Positions 36,601 to 46,817 are shown, counted from the stretch's first letter. The stretch is DNA of 64,000 bases from Methanobacteriota archaeon (GCA_002722595.1 PBMO01000024.1:11700-75699); one strand, 5' to 3'. The notes: a model not told the origin generated them from the sequence alone. Program-made: numbers and translations.

Positions 36601-39017
36601 CAAGCAGTATCTCCATGCACTGAGATGTCCTGCACAGCAGGTTCTGTCCAAGGCGAGGATTGATTTGTTGCAGGCAGAGGATAAGACATAGAATCAATGA
36701 AGACTCGGTCAGCCCCAATTGTCGACGGACTCGCATCCTTGGAGTATTCCAATACTATTGAGTGGTTTCCAGAAGTTACGGGAATGGTTACAACTCTCCA
36801 ACCCGCCACATTAACAGCTACATCGGCACTTACAGAACCATCAACGTAAATGTTCAATTTATCGCCTGTGTCACTAGAATCAAATGCACATAATTTGAGG
36901 TACCCGTCACCTGTTTCGACATCGATAGTGATTGCCGAGTGTTCTCCATCAGCAATTGTTTCATTGGCGTTTGTATTATAATCTCCAAGATTTGAAGATG
37001 CAGAACCGAGCCCCATCCATCCATCAACAAAGCCAGAAGTTAGGGGAAGTTGACTCAACTCACTGTTATTTACAAATGACCAATTTCCACTGCTGGACTC
37101 AGTCTCATTCCACACAAAAGAAGTGCCATTTTCGAACGATTCGAAATGGTGATCAGATTCAACCCTCCACTCACACCCAAGATAATTGTTGGTATTTGCT
37201 ACAGAAGTATCGGATTCAGCAGTAGTGGGCGCCTGTTGTGCGTCCGGATTCGCTGCAAATGAGATCTGTGAAGCACTTTGATAAACATCTACCTTGCCAT
37301 TTCCTAAAGTTCCTAGATTATTGTCGTCTCCCCAACACCATAATGTGCCATTTGTCACAATTGCACAGGCAACTCGCGTCCCGAGGTCTATTTGCTGAAT
37401 ATCTAAATTGGACGCACTACCAACAAGCGCAGTGGGCTGTTTAAAATATTCAGACTCAGTAGATTCATTGGACAAAACTTGGCCAACATTCTTCCCCCAA
37501 CAGTACACCTTTCCATCTTCAACTAAGGCACAGGCCCGTGAATTATCAAGGTCCATACCTCCAACATAATTGGCATGTTTCCCTCTCAATTCCCACCAAG
37601 CATCCTCTCCACCAGTATTGGTAGGGGGCTCAATAGTTTCAAAATCCCCACGAGTAATAAGGTAGTCATTAGAAGAACCATGATCGATCGATGGGCTCGA
37701 AGGCTCCACAATTTCAATCCTCATGACATTAGTTTCTCCAGTAATTTGGTCAATTACTTGGAATCCTCTTGATACATTCTCCCACCATCCGAATACCTTG
37801 TAATCTTTTACATCCATAACTCCATTTGGAGTTCCGGAAATCACTCCAGTGGTGAGATTGAAATCAACACCATCTGGTAAGACTGGATAGGCATTAGGGT
37901 ACGGATCCTTTTGCCAACTTCTCGCATCTGTCAGATAATTACTTTGCCACGACTGAGAATAATGCAAATTTCCAAAAGTAAAATAACGCAATTCATCAAT
38001 GGTCCCATCAAAACCATCTGCAAAAATACATTCATTACCTTGACCCCATGTCATCATACCAGTTCCTACCTCTTCAGGATTGGTGTTGTTCACCACAGAA
38101 AACGTTCCAGAAGAACTAGATGCATTATCGACAAAAACTTGAGTTTGCAAGTGTTGACCATTTTTTTGGCGATGATAACGAAGCCCAATGTAGTTCCATT
38201 CTCCAACATCAACAGTATCCATATTAACAGTCCCGAGTGTACTTCCAGCCTTGGTTCTGTAAATCGTACTTTCATCTATTTCACCAATGTGGTTTGCACC
38301 CCAATAGTAGTTCACTTGCAGATATCCATCGGCCATAAGATTGACAACGATTGCATCAAAGGTACCATTGGGATTCATTATTTCACGCTTGAACAATTGT
38401 CCTCCAAGAACATCAGGTTTGAAAAATCCAGCAAAACCGTTGGAATATTGATGCCAGTCAGTACCATGGGGCTGGCAATTACCTGCAGTTAGGTTGGAAC
38501 CAGCGTAACCACTCAACTCATATCCCTGACGCCAGTAACCATCCATTGCCCAATTCGTAACTCCATTGCTGATTAGATCATCAGGAACATGATCTGATTG
38601 TACATCATCACCTTGATCGACACGTCCTGGCGTATCGAAATTCCACCAATGCGACCCCATCATGTCATGATTCCAAGTCCTGCTCCAGCTAGGAAGTACG
38701 CTGGTTAGTCCATCAGCGGGCTCTATCGAGAAACCACTCGGTGTTGCTGTACCGAGAAATGGGAACATGATTGGGCTAAATTGAGTCGCCATAGTTGTGC
38801 CATTAACTAAGGCATTAGCACCCGTCATCGACATTGCACTTCCAGCATAAAAGATGTACTGGGGCGGCTGCCCTCCACTAGTCATTTGCATCTTGGTTGC
38901 ATTTTCGAGCCGATAACTCTCGTCAGATGCAGTATTTTCTTCGGGCAAAAACCCAGTCATTGGCATTAGAATCATTAGCAATGCTAGGTAAATCGCTTTC
39001 CACTTCATACGGGACAC
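33645..39017 (-). CDS. Giant surface protein (1790 aa): signal peptide, lectin/LamG-like N-region, RCC1-like propeller repeats, TSP3-like Ca-binding repeats, one TM, cytoplasmic EF-hand-like tail
   Basis: RCC1-type units (ACALVEDGKVYCWGKNVGQVL; ACAIVTNGTLWCWGDDNNLGTLGNG; ACAIASAKLYCWGSNANGQLGVGD). Dozens of DxDxDGxxDxxD repeats. TM WAIGAFVIALMIAVGLTMMALM. C-terminal DTDGDGEISDEE matches a canonical EF-hand loop. Confidence 0.75.
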   Translation of the reverse strand: MSRMKWKAIYLALLMILMPMTGFLPEENTASDESYRLENATKMQMTSGGQPPQYIFYAGSAMSMTGANALVNGTTMATQFSPIMFPFLGTATPSGFSIEPADGLTSVLPSWSRTWNHDMMGSHWWNFDTPGRVDQGDDVQSDHVPDDLISNGVTNWAMDGYWRQGYELSGYAGSNLTAGNCQPHGTDWHQYSNGFAGFFKPDVLGGQLFKREIMNPNGTFDAIVVNLMADGYLQVNYYWGANHIGEIDESTIYRTKAGSTLGTVNMDTVDVGEWNYIGLRYHRQKNGQHLQTQVFVDNASSSSGTFSVVNNTNPEEVGTGMMTWGQGNECIFADGFDGTIDELRYFTFGNLHYSQSWQSNYLTDARSWQKDPYPNAYPVLPDGVDFNLTTGVISGTPNGVMDVKDYKVFGWWENVSRGFQVIDQITGETNVMRIEIVEPSSPSIDHGSSNDYLITRGDFETIEPPTNTGGEDAWWELRGKHANYVGGMDLDNSRACALVEDGKVYCWGKNVGQVLSNESTESEYFKQPTALVGSASNLDIQQIDLGTRVACAIVTNGTLWCWGDDNNLGTLGNGKVDVYQSASQISFAANPDAQQAPTTAESDTSVANTNNYLGCEWRVESDHHFESFENGTSFVWNETESSSGNWSFVNNSELSQLPLTSGFVDGWMGLGSASSNLGDYNTNANETIADGEHSAITIDVETGDGYLKLCAFDSSDTGDKLNIYVDGSVSADVAVNVAGWRVVTIPVTSGNHSIVLEYSKDASPSTIGADRVFIDSMSYPLPATNQSSPWTEPAVQDISVHGDTACAIASAKLYCWGSNANGQLGVGDRQSRYYPTRVHVDETVNFIDVEVYTSRVCALDSDGDLWCWGGTSNTPANGHNESNWLATYGGSIAGDYSKTKQNEVPIKVSFSSAYTDVEITDFDLDNNGVCVIGNDRTDSASIVVRLWCWGEGHDRQNNPSSSTDTYSDNVNHIDFTDHASGYSLTIDSNSVPVTVAKSDSGTCVLFEDNLVRCFGANKGGWHALNWKGVGNDEDYKSVTGMYVAKLSGSESYNIRSTICLEIEGELAPYCGGEGNNYLTGIAASNTNDHGLQMVSANPPGKNNGVLPPGMTFNATSGVISGTPTTTQHEPLELTLYSWNGGGYDSSEFNLSVWDRPELVVGSQGITSEYWQSTPTGQAVFKGRPVNFTVEFTSERPITTYEWIIEKYDVNEGTVEYYNQTDVYEGFTGWDRMPNSNNFSTNLLPTGNLLIILRAIDDIGGTSVQVVQVLEILESDDDGDQVPIWNDLCPTENALNYDDYTGIGSSETGADGCIDNADEDQFYDPDDSCPDEFAAPEYDAYVGDGTGVLGADGCLDDTDRDSVTEDIDQCLNTPFSEHAQVNIQTGCGPSERDTDGDGYKDIADQCPGTPGNESVNEFGCGGSQLDSDGDGVMDNADLCPDSPLSSSVDMDGCAPSEKDSDGDSINDEIDVCDTTPPGSEINLVGCAEGDAVTDDNDMDGVADIYDNCPFTPASDVVDSQGCGLSQKDSDNDGVPDSNDDCPGTPGYDVVTTDLVGCGSTQRDADDDGVSDANDQCLNTPFGAEVDLLGCTAGLSDADNDGVVDILDACPNTVEDLNVNVNGCANYQLDSDGDGITNDLDRCINTKANTPVKTNGCAIEGDTITDDGDGDGVIDEFDICPNTLKAQRSIVDAQGCVLSSGIAEKESKDYWAIGAFVIALMIAVGLTMMALMRRKAAERSAWERSEAGDVMFDAIDTDGDGEISDEEWEAYKEYRDAENLDDAPSDDDDWLS

Positions 39018-39086
39018 CTACGGTGTCCCCGTCGAGAGGGCCAAATATAATACCCGCTGTTATTTTCAAAAACAGGCCAATTTCAG

Positions 39087-42000
39087 TCAATCAAACAAAT
39101 CGTCATCATCATCTAACAAATCATTCATGTCAGGCAATGCATCCTCGGGATCAATTTCGAAATCATCATCGTCATCTAACAAATCAGGCAGACTTTCACC
39201 TTCATCTAGGTCGGCGGTGGAATCACCATCATCATCTAACCAACTATCATCGTCATCAAGTACGGACGAATCATCATCCCAATCGTCCATATCATCGTCA
39301 GAATCGCTAGTAATATCATCATCATCAAGTTCAGCGAAGATGTCGTCCGCAGTCAACTCTTTCTTCTCGTTCTTCTTGCTTGATTTCACCTTCTTTTCAG
39401 ACGGCCTAACCTCGTCATCTTCCTTCAATTTCCAACGAACTGCAATTACGAGCCCTGCAATAATTATCGCGATGAGTACACCAATAATAATCGCCCAGGT
39501 ACTCAATGACATAGAATCACCACCGCGCTTTATCGCACCATCTGATTGAATACAAGCTTCATCTACATCGCTTGCATCAGTCCAGTCAGTTCCTGCAATT
39601 TGCTCTTCCTTGTCTCGACACCCATCACCATCAGTATCTCTTTGCGAGGCGCCACAGCCTGATTGATTTGGAGACTCATCAATAGGTGTATCTGGACAGA
39701 TATCAAGCCCATCATGAATCCCATCGAAATCAGAATCAGCATACTCTGAAGGAGCACAACCATTCTCATCTATTTGGTTTAGAAGGTGAGATGGTGTTGA
39801 ATCACACTGATCATCTACATTATTCAACCCGTCACCATCTAAATCCATGTCAGAATCGCATCCGTCAGGGATTCCATCACCATCGACATCTAATCGGTCA
39901 TCATGTCCTTCACAATCATCTGCTGCGTTGGGTACCTGATCACCATCTCTGTCTTCATCCATGACATCACAGATGTGATCGCCATCAAAATCAACCGGGG
40001 TGTCAGAATTATCCAAAGGATTGCTTCCACATAGACTTTCTTCAGTATCAGACCAAGTATCTTGGTCATCATCTTCATCAAGATTATCACCAGTACCATC
40101 ACCATCAGTATCAACACTTTCGTTTTCATCAAGAGGGAACGGGTCATCGACATCAAGAACACCATCTCCATCATCATCTACATCAGCAACATTGCCAATA
40201 CCATCATTGTCTGTGTCTTCGTATTCAGTAGGATCTAAGGGCAATGCATCCCAGGTATCTGGCACACCGTCCCCATCATCATCAGTATCTGTGTTGTCTG
40301 GTTCACCATCGCCGTCCGTATCCATCAAACAATCAGCAGCTGAAGTCGATGCCGGGCCCAATGTTGAGGCACCATTAGGGCAAGGAGTTGGGGCAGTATT
40401 GCCCAAACCAGCAGCATAAGTTCCAATTGGGGCATCAGTACAACCTGTTGCACCCACCCAATCTTGCCAAGTTCCTTCCGGACAAAGAGTTTGACTGACC
40501 GCTTCACTTAGGGCTACGAAATTCCCCGGATCAGCAGACAAGCAAGTGGTGCGCCGATAATTTGGTTGATATGTTCCCGGTGCACAATCCTGTTCCCAAA
40601 TACTACCATCATTGCTTGTGTAATGGCCGGGACTTGTATCTACACAATCATCACTTGACACCGACCCATAATTTGGATTGTACGTACCTGCAAGACAGGG
40701 CGTGTCATCGAGTGCCCCATAGACGTCAACGTAATGCCCACGAGCAGCTTGAGTTGGTTGCGCTTGTCCCGTAGTTGGGACATAAAATCCGGGCTGTGCC
40801 TGTTGACATGCTGTTGCACTTTGGGATGCAGTGTTTGGATTGAATGTACCTGCAAGACATGCTTGTTGAGAAGTTGCTTCATATCCGGCAACATAGTGAC
40901 CTGGGCTTGCTGGTGTTTGAGTTGTACTTGCCATTTGATTGACATAGTAACCAGGTTCTGCAGATAAACAGGCATCTGAAGAACTAGAAGCATTTGCTGG
41001 ATTGTAAGTACCTACGCCACACCTTATTTGTGCCGTTGCCCCGGTTCCTTCCACATAATGTCCTGGCGCCGCAGGGATTTGGACAGCACTAGCCCCACCT
41101 GGGACATAATAACCCAAATCGGCAAGAACACAATCTGTAGAATCCGTCGAACCGTAATTTGGATTGTACGAACCAGCTAAGCAGGGCGTCTCTGTGGTTG
41201 CCCCAATTTGATCCACATAGTAACCAGGTCCGGAGGTGGTTTGTTCAAAACTCGCAGGATTGGTTACATAATGACCCAGAGATGCTGGTATACAAGCAGA
41301 CGCGCTCCCAGACGCATTGTCTGGATTGTACGTGCCTGCCTGACATGGCGTTGGTTGTGAAGCGCCGACAGTATCGACATAGTAGCCACGACTAGCAGCT
41401 GTTTGGGTCGTAAGAGCCTGTTGAGGTACGTAGTGTCCTAGATCGGCTAACATACAAGCAGACGCATTTGTAGACCCTGAGTTTGGATTGTATGAACCCG
41501 CCTGACAAGGCGTTGGTTGTGATGCACCGTGCGTATCGACATAGTAGCCAGCCACAACTCCAATTTGCGAAGTACTCGCAGAGTTGGGGACATAGTGTCC
41601 AGGATCTGCTAGCATGCAAGCAGACGCGTTCCCTGAGCCATTGTTTGGGTTGTATGAGCCCGCCTGGCATGGCGTTGGCTGTGACGCACCGTGCGTATCG
41701 ACATAGAAACCAGCAACGGCTTCAATTTGCGCAATACTCGCAGGATTTGGTACGTAGTGTCCAGGATCTGCTAGCATGCAAGCGGAGGCATTATCGGAAA
41801 CAGCGTTCGGATTGTAGGACCCCGGCAAACATTGAGTTTGTGTGACCGAACCATTGACATCAACATAATGCCCAGGGGTTGCATCTAAACAATCGGTTTG
41901 TCCCGTCCCTGGTTGATAAGTTCCAATCAGACAAGCCGTCTGATTATCTTGTCCGGGCGTATCGACATAATGTCCAGCATCAGCGTCTATACACGAAGTC

Positions 42001-43616
42001 TGACCCATCATCGACTGGTATGTTCCATTGGCACATGGCACTTCAGAAATAGCGCCAATAGTATTGACATAATGTCCTAGAGACGCCTCAACACAATTGG
42101 CTTGTGTGGTATTTGGTTGATATGTTCCAACCGAACATTCGATTGCGACCAGATTCCCACTACCATTTGCATAGTGACCAATCGGAGCCTCTTCACAAGA
42201 ATATCTTCCAAAGTATCCTTCATCACATGCTGTGGTTAGAACAGGATTGTTCGGGAATTCATCCTCAGGACTTGCAATTCCATCTCCGTCTTCATCACCA
42301 GGCATGTTTGTGTCATACACATTGAGCACACCGTCTCCATCTCGATCTCGCTCTGATAGAACAATTGATTCACTCAAAGGAGCACCAATTGGTACCAGTG
42401 AGTCATTTCCAGTTCCATCACCAAGCTGGTCATGTTGATTGTCACCCCAACAGTAGGCATCACCGGAACTGCCTACGGCACATGTATGGCTGATTCCAGT
42501 AGTCAAAGAAACAGCACCTAATGAGGTGTTGGTTTGCACATATTTCGGTATATTTGAGTGTGAAGTAGAGTTGTCTCCCAATTGTCCATCAGCATTGTTT
42601 CCCCAGCACATTATAGTGCTATTTTCAAGCAATCCACAAGTGTGTCGCTCACCAGTTGCAATGGCTGTTACATTTGCATCAATGGTGATTTCTGTAGGTC
42701 TATTTTGACTCTGCACAGTCCCATCACCTAATTGGCCACGATCGTTCCAACCCCAGCAGTGTGCTTTGGCATCATCGAGCAGAGCACAAGTATGCTCTCC
42801 TCCTGCAGAAATGGCCACGGCTCGCTGGACATCAAAGTCGATGCTAATTGGAATGTAACTATTGTTTGCGGTACCATCTCCAAGTTGGCCCTGGCTATTG
42901 TATCCCCAACACATCATAGTGCCATTGTTGGTTAGAGCACATGTGTGCGAATCACCTGCTGTTAATGACACTGCAGACACATTTTGCCCAAGATCCACCC
43001 AAACGGGTGCACTGCTAGAATTAACAGTACCATCACCTAGTTGTCCATGATTGTTGTATCCCCAACAATTTACGGATGCATTATCAAGAATGGCGCAACT
43101 ATGCGTTTTTCCAGCAGCAACTGCGATACCCAAGCGCTCTCCAAAGGATATTGTCGTTGGTGGGGAAGGCACAGTCAAATTCGCACTTTGGCCTGATTGC
43201 CCATAGAGATTTTGTCCCCAACAGGCAACAGTTGCATCATTCATCACAGCACAAGTGTGATAGTTACCAATTGCAACACTAACTGCTGAAGGTTGATTGT
43301 TCAATCCTGAAAAATCAACAGCACCGCCGGAATTGCTACCGAGTTGTGAGAATGCATTTTGTCCCCAACAATTCAAACTTTCATTTGTAATTGCACAATT
43401 GTGCCTTCCTCCAGAAGCAAAAGAGTCGTCAGTAAAAATGGAACCTGAAACAAACCCAGGAGCATTCACACCGTCTGTATGTTGTATAATTCCGTCTTGT
43501 TCGAGCCCATTATTTTCAATCGCAATCGACAAACTCATACAGATTAGAATCAATCCGAGGACAAATCCACGGAGCACACTTGTATCTATTTTCATATTTG
43601 GCCATAATTTAATCAT
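39087..43616 (-). CDS. Giant surface protein (1509 aa): signal peptide, 7+ RCC1-like repeats, about 12 Cys-containing ~45-aa tandem repeats, TSP3-like repeats, one TM, poly-acidic cytoplasmic tail
   Basis: RCC1 units (HNCAITNESLNCWGQNAFSQLG; HTCAVMNDATVACWGQNLYGQSG, etc.). Repeats of the form C..ADPGHYV.N.AS..Q.....G[FY]YVDT.GASQPTPCQAGSYNPN. Acidic DGDG repeats. TM AIIIGVLIAIIIAGLVIAV. Tail DDDD/DLDD. Confidence 0.75.
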   Translation of the reverse strand: MIKLWPNMKIDTSVLRGFVLGLILICMSLSIAIENNGLEQDGIIQHTDGVNAPGFVSGSIFTDDSFASGGRHNCAITNESLNCWGQNAFSQLGSNSGGAVDFSGLNNQPSAVSVAIGNYHTCAVMNDATVACWGQNLYGQSGQSANLTVPSPPTTISFGERLGIAVAAGKTHSCAILDNASVNCWGYNNHGQLGDGTVNSSSAPVWVDLGQNVSAVSLTAGDSHTCALTNNGTMMCWGYNSQGQLGDGTANNSYIPISIDFDVQRAVAISAGGEHTCALLDDAKAHCWGWNDRGQLGDGTVQSQNRPTEITIDANVTAIATGERHTCGLLENSTIMCWGNNADGQLGDNSTSHSNIPKYVQTNTSLGAVSLTTGISHTCAVGSSGDAYCWGDNQHDQLGDGTGNDSLVPIGAPLSESIVLSERDRDGDGVLNVYDTNMPGDEDGDGIASPEDEFPNNPVLTTACDEGYFGRYSCEEAPIGHYANGSGNLVAIECSVGTYQPNTTQANCVEASLGHYVNTIGAISEVPCANGTYQSMMGQTSCIDADAGHYVDTPGQDNQTACLIGTYQPGTGQTDCLDATPGHYVDVNGSVTQTQCLPGSYNPNAVSDNASACMLADPGHYVPNPASIAQIEAVAGFYVDTHGASQPTPCQAGSYNPNNGSGNASACMLADPGHYVPNSASTSQIGVVAGYYVDTHGASQPTPCQAGSYNPNSGSTNASACMLADLGHYVPQQALTTQTAASRGYYVDTVGASQPTPCQAGTYNPDNASGSASACIPASLGHYVTNPASFEQTTSGPGYYVDQIGATTETPCLAGSYNPNYGSTDSTDCVLADLGYYVPGGASAVQIPAAPGHYVEGTGATAQIRCGVGTYNPANASSSSDACLSAEPGYYVNQMASTTQTPASPGHYVAGYEATSQQACLAGTFNPNTASQSATACQQAQPGFYVPTTGQAQPTQAARGHYVDVYGALDDTPCLAGTYNPNYGSVSSDDCVDTSPGHYTSNDGSIWEQDCAPGTYQPNYRRTTCLSADPGNFVALSEAVSQTLCPEGTWQDWVGATGCTDAPIGTYAAGLGNTAPTPCPNGASTLGPASTSAADCLMDTDGDGEPDNTDTDDDGDGVPDTWDALPLDPTEYEDTDNDGIGNVADVDDDGDGVLDVDDPFPLDENESVDTDGDGTGDNLDEDDDQDTWSDTEESLCGSNPLDNSDTPVDFDGDHICDVMDEDRDGDQVPNAADDCEGHDDRLDVDGDGIPDGCDSDMDLDGDGLNNVDDQCDSTPSHLLNQIDENGCAPSEYADSDFDGIHDGLDICPDTPIDESPNQSGCGASQRDTDGDGCRDKEEQIAGTDWTDASDVDEACIQSDGAIKRGGDSMSLSTWAIIIGVLIAIIIAGLVIAVRWKLKEDDEVRPSEKKVKSSKKNEKKELTADDIFAELDDDDITSDSDDDMDDWDDDSSVLDDDDSWLDDDGDSTADLDEGESLPDLLDDDDDFEIDPEDALPDMNDLLDDDDDLFD
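40586..42206 (-). repeat. Tandem ~135-bp intragenic repeats (Cys-rich GHYV/SYNPN modules), several nearly identical at the DNA level
   Basis: Near-identical DNA blocks, e.g. around 41560-41700 versus 41700-41840 (…gtatcgacatagtagccag… / …gtatcgacatagaaaccagc…). Confidence 0.7.
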
Positions 43617-43646
43617 TCAATAAAACCTCCCCGAATAAATAGAGTA

Positions 43647-45002
43647 TTAATCCCCATCGAACATATCTAACGTTGAAGCAAGGGCTGCAATTTCCGCCCG
43701 TATCTTCTCTTTTTCTCTTGACTGTAATGAGGTATCCAAAAGTTGTTGCTCTAACCATGCAATTTCTGAACGAACAGTGTCTCTCTCTTCCCGATGTACT
43801 TGATCAGCTCGAGCCATTTGCAGTCGCGCAGCATGTTGTCGCGCCTCTTTCCTTCGAACTCGCAGCTCACGATTCGCACCCTTGTAGGATGGTTGTGCCT
43901 TCATCTCGATACTAACTGGGAATGGGATAATGATATCCTCTTCATCAAATCGATCAGAAATCGCTTGAAGAATCCAATCCCGTGCAGGCCATTCATCAGA
44001 ATAGTCAGAAATCCAAGTATAGAGACGGAAATCTCTAGAATATTCACCAAGGCGAATTAGCAAAGCACGAGGCGAGGGATCTTCTAGAGTGTATGGACAA
44101 CTTTTCGCAACTTCAATCAATATTTTCTTGATATGAGGCGGGTCTTCACTATAATCCACTCCGATGTCTACTAAGAGATTGAGTCGCTTTGGGACACCAT
44201 CCCCCCCACCACGGGCTTTATTCAATACAGTATTGGATACTAGAGAATTATTTGGAATAATTACTAGTTCTTCTGACCATGTCAGCAATTTCGTTGAGAG
44301 AATTCCAGATGAGATTACTTTACCCTCGATTCCATTGACTTCAATCCTGTCACCCACATCAAAAGGCCGATCCATAGCCAACATAAATGAATTCAAAATA
44401 TTTCCAAGGGATTGTTGCAATGCCAACCCAGCAATTAGGGAAAACACCGCAAATGATGCAAATATCCCGGACAACTCAATCCCAAACTCATTGACAATTA
44501 GGAAAATTGCCACAGTCCATGCGAGTGAACGCATCAAACCACTCAGGAACACATTCCGACCAGTGACCGATACCCCACTTTCATTTGACTGAATGTAAGC
44601 CATCATTGGTGGAACGACAACCTTGATTGTGGAACTTATGATACTGGTCATGAGAACAATATATGCGATATTCAGCAAGTAATTGACCTGAAGCAAGGTT
44701 TCGGGGGACAACCATGAGAGGGATAAATTTACACAGAAAACCATAGTGAAAACTTCAGTTCTTTTTGAAATAGGGACAAATAGGTCATTGTCCCACCCTA
44801 CCTCAGTTTTGTTGACAAATAGCCCAATCCTCTTGAGAATGACAAATTTAAGTAGGACTAACAGTCCTAAAGTTAGACCAATACATAGCCCAATTTGCGC
44901 ACCAGCGCTTAACTCATCGGCCCAATTTATCACAAAGTCGACTTCATCCAATAGACTTGACATGGCCCCATCTCTGATGGGGCGGCCCCGATATTGATTC
45001 AA
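43647..45002 (-). CDS. Small-conductance mechanosensitive channel (MscS family)
   Basis: Three N-terminal TM helices, then the conserved pore/beta-domain region GNILNSFMLAMDRPFDVGDRIEVNGIEGKVI. Confidence 0.8.
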   Translation of the reverse strand: MNQYRGRPIRDGAMSSLLDEVDFVINWADELSAGAQIGLCIGLTLGLLVLLKFVILKRIGLFVNKTEVGWDNDLFVPISKRTEVFTMVFCVNLSLSWLSPETLLQVNYLLNIAYIVLMTSIISSTIKVVVPPMMAYIQSNESGVSVTGRNVFLSGLMRSLAWTVAIFLIVNEFGIELSGIFASFAVFSLIAGLALQQSLGNILNSFMLAMDRPFDVGDRIEVNGIEGKVISSGILSTKLLTWSEELVIIPNNSLVSNTVLNKARGGGDGVPKRLNLLVDIGVDYSEDPPHIKKILIEVAKSCPYTLEDPSPRALLIRLGEYSRDFRLYTWISDYSDEWPARDWILQAISDRFDEEDIIIPFPVSIEMKAQPSYKGANRELRVRRKEARQHAARLQMARADQVHREERDTVRSEIAWLEQQLLDTSLQSREKEKIRAEIAALASTLDMFDGD

Positions 45003-45014
45003 ATGCGTTTTGTT

Positions 45015-46808
45015 TCAGGTTGGGGCGAAAAATACACCTAAAGTAACATCCAAAAGGGAAACTGTAATCCAACTTGTCAATGCTGCAATCCACATCATGG
45101 TAGAAACTTGACCCATCGCCAAAGCAAACCCTCCTCCGCGCAAACGAGTAGCAATTGCGGACAAAATAATCACCATCAAGATGATTAGAAGGGATGTAAT
45201 TAGTTTGAACAATGCAATATTTTCATCAACAGCTCCAGTTTCTTCTAAAACGGGAATTCCCAAACCTCCGGCGTTCTCTGTAAGTTGGTCAACCTGCATG
45301 GTCTGCATTCCTTGTGCAACACTGGCAATATCCGTCCCTAATCGAAGAACAACAGCAATTGCAATATTAAATGAAACAATTGTGGAAATAAGTAGGCCAT
45401 ATGCCACACCTCGCATAGTACCGGCTGACAAAGCCCTCCTCCTCCTTAGTGACAAGAGATTGGTGGTATTCTGACTCACTAGATCAGCAACCGCTGCAGG
45501 CTCTCCACTTGCCTGAGCCCCCTCCAAATAAATTCGATTAAAACGAGACACCATACCTGAATTAACTTCTGCGGAAAACCAATCCCAACTTCGCTCAGAG
45601 TCAATACGTATCATTAGTCTACTTTCTAGACTCGCAATTGGTTTATTGAGGGAACCAAAATCAATTCCACGGAGTGCTTTGATTGTTGCAGAAGGTTCAG
45701 CGGCTCTTGCTTGTGCAGTACCCCCTAAAGCACGAATGAAACCAGGATAGGATTCATCACGCCGCAAGATGCCTTGCTCTTCCCTTCCTGCAGTAAAACC
45801 AGGAAGCAAAAATGGTGTAACGATAAGGGCTACAAGTACGAGCCCGTATTTGTCCCAGGTACTCATCAGACCATCGAAATACATCAAAATTACAATAGCC
45901 GATGCAACTAATATGGGTGCGCCCATTATACTTGCAACAATCCAAACTTGCCGCATTTTCGTTCGGTATTCTGTATTAAATTCATGTCTACCAAATATTG
46001 GGTCGTCGGGCACGATTGATCTGAAGGCGACTAAAGTACCTGCCTGCATTAGAATAAACAGTGTGGCTGCAAGGAGTACCCATCGTATTCTAGCCATAAC
46101 TTCAAGTGGAGCAGAACCGTAATCTTGAGTTACAAAGAGTACGAGGTGAATCCCAGAAACTACGATTCCAAAAATTCCAGTTGTTGTCAGTGAAATGTAG
46201 ATTTCTTTGAGCATATCAATAGATTCTAATCGTGTATCATAAAGGGTATCAAATTCTTTTGAAAAGGTCTTCTGTTCTGCTTGCATGAACTCGTTTATTG
46301 GTTGACCGGCTTCTACAGAGAACGCCATGCGGTCAAGAAAATCTCCCCATATTGGAGAGGGACTTTGTCGCCCAATGATTCTAGCAGCTTCAGGTAAACT
46401 AGTGTGCCACTTTTCAACCAAGACTTCGATTGATTTCACCTCATCTGCGAGAGCCCCATAATCACTCATTTGGCGCAGAATGTCGAACATTGATTGCGCA
46501 TTCACTTCGCCAATACTCAAAATCCCCATTCGAGTGATGAACATATGCATTTCTTTCTCGATTAGAACAGCATCACGAAGAGTTTGGACAATTGGCCATA
46601 TGATGGCGGCACCTGTGGTTAGTAATGGAAACATAACTAGCAGAGCAATGCCTGACGCCCCTACAAACAGTGAACTAAGAACCGAATAAAGAATAAATGA
46701 TACTACTAAACCACCGATTGCAGCCGGTAAAACGAAATTTAGTAGATACTTAGGTACGGGCATCCCCAATCGCTTTAGAGCAATTTGGAATAGGGATAGA
46801 CGCTCCAT
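45015..46808 (-). CDS. flaJ: Archaellum assembly membrane protein FlaJ/ArlJ (TadC/GspF-like)
   Basis: 597-aa polytopic membrane protein immediately downstream of flaI in the archaellum operon. Its size and topology match FlaJ. Confidence 0.7.
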   Translation of the reverse strand: MERLSLFQIALKRLGMPVPKYLLNFVLPAAIGGLVVSFILYSVLSSLFVGASGIALLVMFPLLTTGAAIIWPIVQTLRDAVLIEKEMHMFITRMGILSIGEVNAQSMFDILRQMSDYGALADEVKSIEVLVEKWHTSLPEAARIIGRQSPSPIWGDFLDRMAFSVEAGQPINEFMQAEQKTFSKEFDTLYDTRLESIDMLKEIYISLTTTGIFGIVVSGIHLVLFVTQDYGSAPLEVMARIRWVLLAATLFILMQAGTLVAFRSIVPDDPIFGRHEFNTEYRTKMRQVWIVASIMGAPILVASAIVILMYFDGLMSTWDKYGLVLVALIVTPFLLPGFTAGREEQGILRRDESYPGFIRALGGTAQARAAEPSATIKALRGIDFGSLNKPIASLESRLMIRIDSERSWDWFSAEVNSGMVSRFNRIYLEGAQASGEPAAVADLVSQNTTNLLSLRRRRALSAGTMRGVAYGLLISTIVSFNIAIAVVLRLGTDIASVAQGMQTMQVDQLTENAGGLGIPVLEETGAVDENIALFKLITSLLIILMVIILSAIATRLRGGGFALAMGQVSTMMWIAALTSWITVSLLDVTLGVFFAPT

Positions 46809-46817
46809 ATATTCACC

